From the NCBI GenBank assembly GCA_010093995.1, contig ML992505.1, positions 411,433 through 475,432 of the forward strand: DNA of 64,000 nt. Direction: 5' to 3'. The stretch is from Elsinoe ampelina. Its lineage: Eukaryota. The notes beneath the pieces were generated by a model that had not been told where the DNA came from, made no database searches, and saw only the letters and a program-made list of their open reading frames with translations. Of this stretch, positions 14,201 to 27,500 are shown one piece after another. Numbering within the stretch: the stretch's first letter is position 1; every line of letters starts with the position of its first letter. Both the position numbers and the translations under genes were made by a program.

Positions 14201-15663
14201 TGTACATTTCTAGAGCGATATATAATATGCCTTTCCTTATAGTTCGCTATAAGAGCTAAAGGTAAGGCTACTATATTATTATATAGCACTTACGTCCTAA
14301 TACTTTATTTCGATAATTGTATATTAGTGATTATTACTAACTACCTTCTAAGGTTAGTTAATGTTACTACTAATTATAGAGAGCTCTTCTAGGTTAGGTT
14401 TCTAGTCTAGCTATTTCGTTAGTTACCTACGCTTAGATAGCTTATATAGGAACTAACTAGATCCCTGCTTATCTAACAAGTGAATATAACAAGAGTTATT
14501 ATAATATACTATCTATAATAGCGTTGCATGTTAGCTTTATTATTTACTATTAGTCGTAGAGATATTAAGTATAATATTCGGAGAGAATTCTATTACCTCT
14601 TAAGTTGTTATAGACTTCTTCTATATTTCCTTACCTATACTAAAGGTCGTTAGGTCTTCTATAGTAGTATTAGCCTTTTTTTCTACTAGCCTAGCAACTA
14701 TTATATATAATCTATCGGCTAGCGCCCCTTATTAGTAGTCCCTAGCCCGATACCTAAGTCTTTTACACTTAAAATATAGATTGTCTTATCTATACTTCTC
14801 TCTCTCTTTTCTACTAAGGAACTTTCCTCTATAGCCGTAGCCTTATACCTATAAGAGGCAGCCTTCGTATATAGTATTAAGTTCTATAGGGTCTCTATAG
14901 TTTCGGGAGGAACGCGTATATCTAGTATTTACCTTATATTCTCTATAACGTTCTATATGTCGTTTATAGAGTTAGTTATTAATAGTAATTATAGTATCTA
15001 CTAGTTCTTAGAGGCTATTAGGTAGCTCGAGTATTATTTAGTCTTTAACTAAGTCGCTTAGTCCTTAGTAGAATACTAAATGTTTAGTACTATTATTCTA
15101 GTCTAGGTATATTATAAGTTATTAGAACTAGGAATAGTACTAGGCTATAGACCTACGTTGTTATAGTTATTAGATCTTTATCGTAGTAACGTACTCCTTA
15201 TTAGATATGTTAAAGACTTACTTAATCTTTGCCTAGAAGATACTAAAGCTCTTAAAGATAGCCTTTATATCTAGGCCTAGTTATCTATCTAGGTAGCTAC
15301 TTATATAAGGCTCGAACTACCCGAAGGTAGCGCCTTTTAGGTATATCCCGGCATAGAGGACCTTTACTACGTTATTAGCGTACTTATCTCTCTCTAGGGT
15401 AAAGAAGGCTTTAAGTTAAACAAGAAAGCGCCTTAAGTAAGCGTAGTCCCCGTAGAAGAGTTCTACCTCTAACTTAGGCTTACTCTATTCTTCCCTTATA
15501 CTAAGAGACCTTCTATGTTTACCCGAGGTTAAACTAGTAGTAGATATATCGTTAATAGTAAGCTTTCCTAGCTTACTAGTAATTAAAGATACTAATAGTA
15601 ACTTAGAGTAAGAGTTACTTATTAACCTTATAGCGTGCTATACTATAGTAAGGGTAGTTAAAA

Positions 15664-16117
15664 TGTTATAAACCGTCTAAATATAGTCTACGCTAGTAGT
15701 CTAAGCTAAGCTAAGAACGAGGTAGTTCTACTTCTATAGTAGTATAGTACTAAGGTAAGAGTTAGAGAAGATATATCTTATAGATAATAAAGTACAATTA
15801 GATAGTATTATAAAGGCTAGCCTTAGCAATACTAGTGTTCACTATCTAGACAAGGTTAACTATAGTACTTATATAAGGTAAGGACTATTCCTATATATAT
15901 ATATTCTTTACTATATACTCTATATACTCTATAGCGAGAGTTAGGAGCAATATAGAGTATACGTCTACTAGTAACCTACGCGCTCTATAGTTTTAGAGGT
16001 AGAGCCGCTAGAGAAGATAGAGAACTAGGTAAACGTTAGGCTAGGTTACGTAATAACCTTAGTAGTTTAATTAGTCCTAACGTCCCTACGCTCTAGCTAT
16101 CCTACTAGTTCGTAACA
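15664..16117 (-). repeat. Gypsy 5' LTR (454 bp)
   Basis: Begins TGTTA and ends GTTCGTAACA, followed by TSD ATTAC. Confidence 0.95.
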
Positions 16118-16289
16118 ATTACTAGCTATATAATAAGGAGTAGAAGACTATAAGAATACTCTATAAGAATCTATTAGCTACTCTTAATTTATAGATTAAA
16201 AAAATTTTAATAGTGTAGAACTAGAAAGCTACTAAAACTATAGTCTAATTTTTCTAACTTAAGGTTAATCTATTTATTCTTATCTATAT

Positions 16290-17560
16290 TGTCCTTACTC
16301 TTACTCTCCTTATTATTATTATTACTCTTATCTATTGCCTTATTATTATCTTTATCCTAATTCTCTTTATTAGAATTGTTAAAGTCTTTAGTAGTAACTA
16401 CCTCGTAGTATATTTTAGCTACTTCCTTAGTCTTATACTTGTTAGGTTCCTTATTAAGAAGGTTCTTAATCTTAGAGTTGTTCTTAACTTCTTCTTTAAC
16501 TTTGTTATTACTATACTTAACATAGTAATTGTTAGATTTAAGTAAAATATTATTATTCTTATACTTAAATTCTAGTTCGGGAGTAGATTTATATTTACTT
16601 TAATAGATTAGTATATAACTATAAGAAACAACTATAAGAAATAATATATATCTAATTATCCGCCTATACTACTTAGAGTTTAGTAGGTGTTATATTCTTA
16701 ATAAACTTCTTAAACTTAGCTTAGTTACTATTATTATAGTTGCTAGTATTATATAGTAAGTTAATACTATTACGGTAGATCTTATAGGTCTATTTCTTAA
16801 GAATTCCGCTAGTGCTAAGAAGATATTTTACTTAGCAATTTAGAAATATATTTATCTCGTTATAGAGCGCCTTCTTTATATAATTAGTAAGGAGTTACTT
16901 ATAGCAAAGAAGAGTATTAGCTTTATAGATACTACTTTATTTTTAGTAGATAGATATAAACTTGTCCTCTAACTATTCCCCTATATAGAATTAGTAGATA
17001 TACCGTAAGAATATGCTATAAGAAATATACTACTCTACTAGGTATAATAGCAAGTCTCCGCTATCTTCTTATATACTATATTAAAGGTAGCTTCTTTCTC
17101 CTTATCGAACATTACTTAGAATTCCTTAGAGTTCTTAAGTTTTGCCTTAAGTATACGTTTTATAGAGCAATTAGCATTACTAGTAGTAGTAAGGGCTTTC
17201 TCCTCTATACTAGCTTATATAGTATAATCTCTTTATAAAATAGCTCGCTAGGTATTACTAAGCTATACTTTCTACTATAGAATTCTAAGGGGGTAGCTAT
17301 AGTAAGAAGTTCTAGTATTCTAAAAGCGATTTTTAATTTAGTATTTAATCTTATCGGCCTCGGAATTAAAACTCTATAGTCTAGTTAGTATTTAACTATA
17401 AGAAGCATCTATAAGAATTACTCCTATTATAGTAAGAATTACTTCCTCTTCCTTAGTTATTTCTTTAGTCTTAATTACTAAGGCATTAGTTATCTCTTTC
17501 TCTTTACTAAAGGTTTACTAATCTACGAGATTAGTAGATATTATAGATCGAGAATTAGTA
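16290..17560 (-). pseudogene. RIP-degraded unknown cargo ORF of the hAT element, divergent from the H3-like gene
   Basis: Continuous protein-like minus-strand frame (e.g. KRILKAKLKNSKEF.VMFDKEKEATF) with an acidic low-complexity C-terminus. No family recognised. Confidence 0.45.
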
Positions 17561-17917
17561 GTAATTTATAAGAGAAGGTAGAATATTAAGTATAATAGAG
17601 AGCGAGATATAAGATATAAGTTTTATAAGGAGAAGATAAGAAGAGAAGAATTTAGTATTTCTTATATATATAGTAAATAGAGTAGCTAGGAATATAAGTA
17701 ATAATAGGTATTAATCCTATTATTATACTAATATAAAGTTGTTAATATTGTTAATATAAAGTTGTTATAGTAGAGAATAACAATATAAAATTCATATTCT
17801 ATATACTATTATAAATTCCTTAATAAGGCTTAATATCTCGCTCTTAGTATTTTCGCCTTGCTCTTCTCTACCTTTATAAACAAATTTTAATAATTAATTT
17901 AATAAATTTATGTAGCT

Positions 17918-18499
17918 ATAGCTTATAAGAAGCAAGTAACACCTCTAAAAAGAGTAAAGCTAAGAAAGTAAGGCACTAAGAAAACTACTACTAAAAAGCC
18001 TACTATAGGTAGTTACGTAACAAAATTTAGACTAGTATTAACTAGACAAATTTACTAGGCGAAGAGCTACAGGTTTAAGCTAGGCAGTTAGTTTCTTATA
18101 GTAAATTCTTATAGTCTTATATCTAATATAGTATAGCTATTACTCTCTAAGAGATTTATCGCTACTAGAAGACAACTAAACTTCTTATATATAAGCTTCT
18201 CTTCTCTTGTGTTATTTATAATATTACGTAAGATATTAAGTTAACACTTATAAGTAGAGATTTACGCTTTATACTAGATACTATTAAGTGTCTCTAGGAA
18301 GTAAGTAAGGCAATACTAGTAGAATATTTTAAAGGTATATTAACTATGCATTTAGAATATATAATACCTTATACTAATAACTATAGTAGACTATAATCTT
18401 AATGCTATCTATACTAAGCGTTATACTATTATATAGAAAGACTCTTAGCTTACTAGGAAATATTATAATAAGTACTACCTACTTGCTTTCTTTAATTAG
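17918..18499 (+). pseudogene. Histone H3-like gene (RIP-inactivated, intron-containing) carried in the transposon
   Basis: De-RIP translation across GT-AG introns: MARKKQVA...[48 protein letters not shown](STLMSG)DLRF..DAIECLQEASEAMLVEYFE D(C)NLNAIHAKR.TIMQKDSQLAR. Confidence 0.92.
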
Positions 18500-18568
18500 T
18501 AAGACCTCTCCTCTATAATACTATAAGAATAGACTATAAGAAATAGGTAGGTTTATTTTTATATAGAC

Positions 18569-18595
18569 CGTCACGAAATCCCTAAGCGTAGGGAG
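18569..18595 (+). repeat. Left TIR of the Plavaka element
   Basis: Inverted match to 42347-42373. Confidence 0.9.
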
Positions 18596-18651
18596 TTAGA
18601 ATATTAAGTTTCCCCGTGTTAGACTAAGTTTAACTACGTTAGGTCGCTGCA

Positions 18652-18738
18652 AACGCATTCTACCTACCTAAATTTAGTTCAACGCACCCCTACCTACTTG
18701 AATTCAGTTTAACGCACTAAACCTACCTTAATTCAGTT
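18652..18738 (+). repeat. Three ~29-30 bp subterminal tandem repeats
   Basis: AACGCA..CTACCTAC.T.AATT.AGTT unit repeated three times just inside the left TIR. Confidence 0.8.
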
Positions 18739-18859
18739 AAAGGCGTTAGCGAGATTAAGCATAGAAGCGCTTTTATAAGGGCATAAAAGTAGACATTTCC
18801 TGCTTAGTTCTCTACCTTCTAACATAAGTAATAGACTAAACTAAAATAACCTTGTTTTA

Positions 18860-20420
18860 TTATACTCTACTATCTCTGCTCTACTACTAAGGGGCTTAGT
18901 GTCGTTAGCTACAAGCAGTTTCGTACGACTATCTAGCTAGGGACTAAGCTTATTCGCAACGAGAAGTAGCTCTATATAGCTGTCGCCTATAAGTTCTGCT
19001 ACCTAGCAACCCGTATCGTTACTAGTGTAGAGGACCCTTACGGAGTAGTATTCCTAAGCTAGGGTCGTAAATGTAAAGTAGCGTTCCTAGAAAAGGAGTT
19101 CGTTATAATAGCTAAGGCTAGGTATAAGATAGAGTACGCATACCTTTAGGTCTGTTCTAGTAGCTATTAGTCTATAGTAGTTACGTAGGAGAAGAACAAC
19201 GACGGAAGCTAGATATACTACGTTAATAGCGGCCGTAGTAGCGAGGTTAAGGCCTACTCTAAGAAGATTAATACTAACATAGACAGGTATAAGAGATGTA
19301 GTAGATATCTAGTTTAGGTTAAGCTAACTTCTTTTAGGTCGACTAACACCGACTAGTACACCTACTAGAAGACGCACTTTAGGGCCGCTAAAGAGTAGCT
19401 TTAGAAGTAAGGCCTAATAGATCTCGGTATACTCTCGGAGTAGCCTAGAAGGTAGTACTAGGGACATCTACCCTCTATTAAGGGGAGCTACCTTATCCTT
19501 ATACTGCTCCCTCGATTGCCTTACTACACGATATAGCCGGCAAGAAGGTAACTACTAATAACTATAGGCTTCTTCCCCTCTCTCTCCTTAACCTCCTCCT
19601 AGCTTAATACTAGCGTTAGCCCTCGCCTTACTAGCCTGTCTAGTGCTAGTTCCGGCAATTAGAGAAGTAAAGGAAGCGGCGCCTAGGTTAAGCTTACCGC
19701 TCTTAAATGTAGTACTATATATTAAAGACAAGGCTACCTTAAAGCGCACTAATCTCCCTAGCGTAACTCGCTATAAGGTTGTACCTATAGTAGATAAGGC
19801 AGCGGTAGTAGCTTCCGCGGAGGACGTAGTAGTAGTAGCTTTAGCTATAGTATACCTCCCTATAGCGGAGGGCGCGGATAAGGGCAGGGGGGAGGAGAGA
19901 AATATCCCTTATACAGAGGCAGGTATAATAATACTTTCTTTTACTATATCTCGCCGCTCTACTACAACTACTACTAAGTAGTAGTAGTAGTAGAGCTAGT
20001 AATAGTACGTATAAGAATAATCTAGTTTATAATCTTATAGACAGGATCTGTCGCATATATTATACACTAATAATCTTATAAGTAAATACTTACGATCTAC
20101 GTAGATATAGAGGAGGCTTTAGGGGACAAGGAAGAGGCTACTTACTATACTAACGAAGATAACGCCTAAGTTTTCCCTCCTCCTAGGCTTAAGTAGCTCT
20201 ATACCTATGTCACGTAGCTACTTATAGTTATAGTTATATACTATGTTGTCCCCTACTCCCTAGAAGGCGTTAAGTAGGAACTCTCTAGCGTTGTTACTCT
20301 CTATAGGAGTAAGTCTTTCTTCGATAAGCTTCCTGTAGCTAGAATAGATATTAAAATTAATAAGCATCTTTCGGAGAGAGTCTTATAAGCTAGTCTCATC
20401 GGGGGACTTATAATAGAGAA
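18860..20420 (+). pseudogene. RIP-degraded unknown cargo gene convergent with the transposase
   Basis: Long protein-like plus-strand frame with GT-AG intron-like interruptions (about 19287-19338 and about 20000-20044) and an Ala/Pro/Gln-rich region. The ORF-track hit 19643-19981 is a surviving piece of it. Confidence 0.45.
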
Positions 20421-20779
20421 GGAGTAAACCTCTTAGATTGCTAACCTAAGTCTATCTACGAAACTGACCTAATAACTACTTATTTACCTACACTTTTCAC
20501 CGCCGTTGCAAAATATATATAGGATACTTAAACTTCTTAAAGGCTAAGAGACATCTACAACGCCTCGCTATAATTTCCTAAGCTATTGTAATTAGCATAG
20601 GGGTAAACTAGCCCTTTAACGGGAGATTGTTATAAGGCGTCTTATGCCGCCTACTATATATAGTTCAGCGACTAACCTAATGACATATAGGTGTAAACTA
20701 ACTAGCTAGGGTAATACCTACGGATATTATCTTATCCTTTTTACCTAACATAGTTTAGTAGTTGACCTAAGCGTACCTA

Positions 20780-23700
20780 AGGCGAGGCGGTCGACGTAAG
20801 AGACAACTATTCTAGCTACGGAAGAAGTGCTTAAGCTTCGTTAATACCTCTTACGCTTACTAACTACGCCTAGGGATCTTAGCCTCTCTCGTTTAGAAGC
20901 CTTAGCTAGGTAGAGCTACTTAGACTCCTACGACTTATTCTATAGTATGTTATATGTGTTAAAGTCGGCTATATTATTAATGTATATCTAGCTATTCGGC
21001 CTTATCTTATCTACTAGCACGACGTAGATACTATAGTAGATTTACGAAGTAGAGTAGACACGCCTACTAGTAAGTGCGTTCCGTCTAGCTCTGTCACATC
21101 GATTTGTCTAAGGCTTAATTAGTGTTATACTATGCTCTCGATTAGCTACTCTATCCGGCCGAGTAGGCTAGTATAGATCTACTAGCGCTCCTGTGTAGTA
21201 TAGGCATTAACGTCGACCCGATCTACTAGACTAGAAGCTATCCTCTATAGTTATTATAAACACAATTCGAGCTAGTAACTTACCTTAGAGGCTATCGGGT
21301 AATGCTCCGATAGTGCCTTTATTATTCGTTGTCTATTCTTGTACCTAGAGCTAGTCTCGCCTCTTATTGCTACGTATCTCTTGCTATTTAGTTATACACT
21401 AGATAAAGTTTAGTTTATCTACATTAGAATTATTAGGATTACAGTCGGATAGCTTCCTACACTTTAAAGAATAGTAGAACTTAACGCGGAGGTCGCTAAC
21501 CTAGGAAGAATTTAGTTTAAGTCTATCGGGATCTAGTTCGGCATTAAACTAATTAGGGTGTTTAGTTATTAAGCTAGAGCCTATATTAGCTATACCTTAA
21601 CGAGCCTCGCGGACAAACACCGCTATTACTTGCTATAATAATAGCCTAGGTAGCATGTTAATAAGCGCCTTTAGTTCTCTAACTATACGCTATATAGCTC
21701 CCCCCTTAGCACTAGGCTAGCTAAACTAAGAAGTAACATTAACTATATTACTTACGCCAACCGGCGTACTTTAGATCTTAATTAGTTTAGTAGCCGATAG
21801 CCTAACTAACTTCGAGGGGTTATCGAATGCCGCTAATATATTTACTAGTTTAGTGTTATAAGTAGTAACCTAGTCTTCCTATCCGGCCTTCTTATTTGTA
21901 AGTTTAAAGGCGTCCTTAATAAAGCAGACATAGTTATGCTCTAAATAATTAGAATCGAGGCTAGTAACTACTCTAAAATCATAGATAGCCTTTAAAAAAT
22001 GTATTATTAAGTGCTATTTCGGAAAGTTAAAGTTACTCTCTTCTTTCTTGTCGCTATAGTAGGCCCGGAAGGTCTCTTTATACTTGTTTATTCTAAAGAG
22101 CGCAAGGTTAATATACTAAAGTATATTGTCGTTATAGGTCTTATAGTTTGCTAGTAATATAAAGTCGACTAGTGCGCGTATAAATTTAATAGCTTAAGGC
22201 GCCTTAACTTTCTCGAGTAACAGTATAAATACTAGAAGTATCTAGCGTATAATACTCTTCTACTCTTGACCTGTCTATTGCTTAATAGCCGAGTAGTGTA
22301 GGAAGTGTTAGATGCTAGGAAACACTAGTATACTATTAAAGCGCTTATCGATGATATTAAGTACAATCTCCTTTGCCGAGCGCTAGTAGCCTATTCGCTA
22401 CATAGTCTCTCTAGCCCTTATATACCGTAGTAATTTATATGTAGGTATTAAATCCTAGAGCAATTTTCGAATCTAGCGTAGGACGTGTATTAAAACGCCT
22501 TTAAGAAGTTAGTGTAGAATATCTAGCACTATTACGTAGTAAATATTAGTACACGGAAGATCCTACGTAAAGTAACTAACCTTATAAACCTAAGAGCTTA
22601 TATCTAGCTTTTCGCTCTACTACTAACTCTCGCGTGCCTCTCTCTATAAGCGCTATTATTGCTGCGTAAAGTAGTAAGTTCGGAATAGTGTAGTAACTAC
22701 TAGGTCCTCTCTCTCGTCTTTGCTAATAAGGCAGCTTATATAATAATATAGTAACTTTATACCTGTTATAGTGACCTATTTAGCGTAATCCGTAGGTATA
22801 GTAGCAAGTATAGGGAAGCACCTCCGCCTCTTTCTATCCGTATAGGAGATTGTTTCGCTTCCTCTCGAGTAGTAATCGACAACGGGGTTAAAGATTTTCT
22901 TTATATAAGCGTAGTAGGTCTTCTCCTTAACGACATTTCTACTGTCTTTAATAATAGAAAGTAAGCCGATTAGTAACTACCTCGGCTAGTTGTTGCTATT
23001 ACATGCTTCTACCTTTAGGTTGCCTAATAATAGATAGATAGCATATGCTACAAGATTCCCTTAATAGTTTATTACCTAGGTCTAATCACTCGCGACGATT
23101 AATGGGATAATAGTAGCTCTAGCTATCCTAAGTCGCTCTTGTGCGTCCTACTACTAGTTGCTACTTACTATTTTAGTGTATACTTGTCGTAGCGGCTTAC
23201 TCTCGATAGCTTCTATAAAGACTCTATATAGGCTATAGTCTATGTCTACTACGAAGCTACGATAACTAAGCAAGAAGCGTATTGCTAGGAGGATATTTAG
23301 ATACTAGAACGTATGTCTTTTAGGCCTACAATTAGTGTTTAGTATAAAGCTCAAGGTCTACTAGCCATTAATGCCTCCGGCTACATCTAAATTTTCTATC
23401 TTCTCTACTAGTTCATTCGTAGTTCGCTAACTAAGGCTCTCTACTAGAGGTTATATACGTAGGTCTTTAAGCAATTACGTAATTACGGCTTTACTAAGTT
23501 TTTCCTTAACGAGCTACTAGGCAAGACTAGCGTCTATACTATTAATAAAGGCTTCCTTTAGTTAAGTATCGCCTAACTAATTATAATTTAGTTCATTATA
23601 TATGTTAGTACACATGTTATGCACTTAAGGAGATCTAGACAACGTTAGTCGATATAGACTAAGCATAAACTATGTCTATTACTAACTCTTCGCTACTAGC

Positions 23701-24378
23701 CGGTATACTAGTAACTGTCTCGAACGTAATACAATCGGATATAGCTCTACTAGACAAGGACAATCTCCTAGCACTCTACCCCGTAGATGTACTACTAGTT
23801 GTGCTTACTATAATTACTTACTCTTCCTCGTGTATGCCTTCTCTTATAACCTCTTCCGTGCCCTTCTCTTTCTTATATACGATGTAGCCGAGCCTACTAC
23901 TACTATCGCTGTCTACTCTACGTGCTAGGGGATAATAGTCAAGGTCGGTAAAGAGACTAAGGGGATTGTCCGCCGTAGTATACTATATAGTAGGCAAAGG
24001 GGGGAGGACACTCTATGCTAACTATAGACTATTATCTCTACCTCGTTATTTAGTTCGGTTCTTAGTCCTTATAGTTAGCGGCGGAGTTAAGTAGACTACT
24101 AGGTTATTTAGCGTCGGCGGATTATGCTATATATTGCTACTAATGCTACGTTATTAGTCTTTATTAGACAGTAAGCACTCTCCCTTATTAGAGAAGAGAG
24201 AGTTATTACTAGCGTTGTCTTCGCGGAGATATCTATTAGTATATTAATCTAGTAAGACTTACGCCTTGTTACTTATTAGCAGCTCTCTCCTCTAGTAATA
24301 TAGTAGATGTTAGACAAGGCCTCTACTAGATTATATAATCTTTCTATAGGCCGAGCATTTAGTAATACGCTTTAGCAT
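20780..24378 (-). pseudogene. Plavaka transposase (RIP-inactivated)
   Basis: ATG at 24378 followed by a C2H2-like CSACGK....GLVQHL. De-RIP motifs RVYTEMASGDWWWDAQ (about 23140-23190), IIPLIVASDQTQ...G...AYAIYLSLGNL (about 23020-23112) and CADGKRRRCFPILAAMPADYAEQ...TGIK (about 22755-22845). Further motifs are PDILHQLLKGV (about 22495-22530), QWTGQEQK (about 22258-22282) and FNFPK.H (about 22010-22035). Confidence 0.9.
23658..24125. repeat. ~470-bp direct repeat, copy 1 (inside the transposase N-terminal region)
   Basis: Readily alignable at nucleotide level with 31006-31470. Confidence 0.92.
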
Positions 24379-24559
24379 GTTAGTTCTTGTCGCTTAATAT
24401 TTGTATTTATAGTTAGAATTAGCGCTTTAGATTTGTAACGATAGTAGGAAGTAAGACGTTTAGGCGCTACATTATGTTAGTTTACCTAAAAGATAGTTTA
24501 ACATGCACTAGCACCTAAATCGGTCTACTAAACTAAGGAATTATATTCTTAGGTAATAC

Positions 24560-27500
24560 AGTTAGGCTATTTATCTAGCAATATTAATCATTTCTCTAGA
24601 TTAACTATATCCTTCTTTGCTATAGCTCGTATACGTGTCTATATCTTAGCCCTCTACTTCTCTATTTCTTCGTAGATAACTTTCTATACTATTAATAGCC
24701 TACCCTGTCTACTATTAAGCCACTTCTAAGGCCTATAGAATAGAGCTATTAGCTTTATTATAAACGCCTCTATGTAGTTAGCCTTCTAAGACTTAATGTT
24801 CCTATAGACCCGGGCGAGACACTAGAGAACTAATTACAGCACCGACGCTATGTTAAGCAAGATTATAGTGTCGAAGCGGTTAAGGTTTAGACTAGTCTTA
24901 ATCGCCCTACCCTAAGCAATTAGAATCCTTGAACCTTTCGGCCTTAGGGGCTTAATAAACATGTCGTTAGACATAGCTATGTCGACGATGTCTATATAGG
25001 AAGGTATAGGTGTTATTCTATAGTAGATAACAACTACATTAGAATCCTTATCGATCCTAATTGCTTTGCTGTCTAGGTGCTACTCGAGCCATTTTAGATA
25101 CTATGCCCTTGTTAGCAATGACCTAATTAGACTAAATAGTCTAAACTAACCGTTATAGCGACTACTAGCACTAAAGGTATAAACGTATAGACAATTACTC
25201 GCCTCTTTAACTACTTCGAGTAGGAGACATTCTGCTTAATAATCTTAGAAATAACACTATAAAGGACTTATATCTAAGAACTAGCGTGAATCTTGTCTAT
25301 GTGCTACTATAACGCTGTTGCTAAGGAGTTATATATAATATTATAGGCATACTTAACAGTATAGTTGCTAAACTCCTCTTTAACCGTAGGGCTGTCCTAG
25401 AAGATATCTATAAGAGCAAGGAATATAGAGAAAAGCAGTAGCGGCGCAACTAGGCTTAGTATTTACTCCTTAGTCTTCTTATTAAGAATTGTCTCTAATG
25501 TAACTTCGGACTTATTAGGTTTATTCTTTTGCTTCTCGATCGCCTCCTATATACTCTTATCTATATCCTTTTTAATCTTCTTCTATGTAGCTATAAGACT
25601 ATAAAGATACTTATCCTTAATAGTAATCTCTAGGTCGAATGTCGAATATAGTAGGACTCTAACTACTAGTAGACCGGGGGCAGCATTAAATAGTTTCTAG
25701 ACGTAGTCTACGTTTATCTTAATAAGAATTTTAGTAAGAATATAGCTCTATTTAGTAACTGTTATAGAGATCTCTACTATAAACTCTATACTCCCCTTTT
25801 TGTTAAACTTACTAGGGTCGTTATTCGCCTTATACTATTTGTCAATTACGTAGGCATAGTCTAATGCCTCTTAGAAGTTAAGCTTGTTAGTAATAGCTCG
25901 TTAAGTAGCATCTAGTCCTTTCTTCGGCCTTGCTCGAACTAGGTTGTCCTTAGACTTAGTTAGCTCCTAACTAGATTTATAGATGTAGGTGTTAATATAT
26001 TGTCCTATTCCTTTTCTATTTTTAAGCTTCTCTAACCTAAAGTCCTTATACATAGTAGCTGTTAAGAACGCTACTACGTTTAAGCACTTAACAAATAGCG
26101 TCCTGCTTATACCTAGTATAAAAGGCCTCCCCGGCAGTATTCCTAGATAGGACTAGGTCTACGTCTTCTAGCTAGTAACCTAGTAGAACTTATCGAAGAT
26201 GACAGCGGCCTAATAGATAGGGATAGCCCCCTTCTTCCTCTTAGCTCCCTTAGGAACAAAGTCCTAGTTATTAGTATCTACGTTGTCTTCGCCGAGAAAG
26301 CGGTTAATTATAGTATTACGAGTAGTAAAGAAGAACTAATTATTTATCTATACTTTCTTAGGGTGCTTATTACGTATGTCAACGAGGTCTATAACTCTAA
26401 TAGTGTTAATAGGCTTACTAGTCTTTCGATCTTTTAGCTAAGTCTCTTATTTATAGTAGCCTTTAGGTAGATCCTCTTCGCGAACTAAAGAGTCTATGTT
26501 ATATGCGTTGCTATACTCTGTCTTTTACACTTCTTTGTTTAAATTTCCCTAGTATAGGACGATCTTTGCCTTAGGCATAAACTTACATGTCTCTCGCGCC
26601 TACTATTTTATTACGTTTAATCCTCTAAGAATTAGATTGTAGCTAATAGTATCGGTAGAACTAATAGTTAGCTATAGGTCGTCGACAAGTATCGTTGTCT
26701 TCTAGTACTTGCTCTATTACTCCTCGGATATAGTAGCGTATCTACAATCCTTTAGCACCTCTTTATTTAAGAGTAAAAGGAAATAGAGCATAAAGAGGCC
26801 TATTAGAGTCTTTCTAAATTCTATCTTATATATAAACATAAATGCTAGGTAGCCTTCGAGGTACTTCTTAATTACGATAAGCGCTAAGTATATCTATGCT
26901 GCCTCGACTAGATACTTCTTGTTCTAATGCTAATAAAATACACTAGTGTTCGGTAAGTAAATGTCTTTCTTAAAGCCTATAAAGTCGTAGCCTCTTTCCT
27001 AGAACTCTTCGGACTAGTAATCGATTCTAGTACCTGCGGGGATAAAGCTCTAGTAGGCTAGATTATTACTAGTTTACTCGTCGTTATTGTTGTTAATAGT
27101 ATAAAGTTTAACAAAGTCTGAGCTACTAAGGGTCTTATTAAATGTGCATTTTACTAGTGCTAGTATAGATATAGATAGCTCCTTAGGGACTAGCGGAATA
27201 TAGTATCTAGCTAACTCTTTGCTTAGTATAACTATAAAGGGATATTTATCTATGTCTCGGCATTGCTTATAGTATTTGTCTTCTATTACTTAAGTAGGGC
27301 GCTACTCGACAGTAGGATTATTATTAGCTAGTAGTAGAGAGGTAATTCGCTTTTTAGGGGTAGAGTTACGCGGTAGTATAACCTTAGTTAGAGATAGAGG
27401 AGCTAGAGAATTATCTTCTTCTTTACCCTCGACTAGGGCTAATAGCTTCCAACTATTACGATACTAGAGGGGGTCGACTAAGTATGTTAGTAAACACCTA

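Larger units (their letters stand above)
4800..15560 (-). pseudogene. Gypsy gag-pol (protease, RT, RNase H, integrase, chromodomain), split by the Copia insertion
   Basis: De-RIP motifs: protease AMIDSGA (about 13420-13445), RT EWKTAFRTR.GLYEYLVMPFGLTNAPATFQ (about 12510-12600) and YLDD (about 12445-12460). The integrase PWQSVTMDFIGP/LPLS...YDSILVLVDRFTK spans the Copia insertion. Chromodomain YLIxWKG...SEATWEP at about 4990-5050. Confidence 0.93.
3785..16117 (-). mobile_element. Ty3/Gypsy chromovirus-type LTR retrotransposon (RIP-inactivated, interrupted by a Copia element)
   Basis: Direct-repeat LTRs at 3785-4247 and 15664-16117 (de-RIP TGTTACGAAC...GTTCGTAACA). 5-bp TSD ATTAC at 3780-3784 and 16118-16122. 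Polypurine tract on the minus strand next to 4248. Domain order is PR-RT-RH-IN-chromo. Confidence 0.96.

Noticed and set aside
17918..18499. Functional histone H3 or the centromeric CenH3 locus
   Set aside because: The start codon is mutated (ATA), there are multiple in-frame stops, and the gene is embedded in a transposon.
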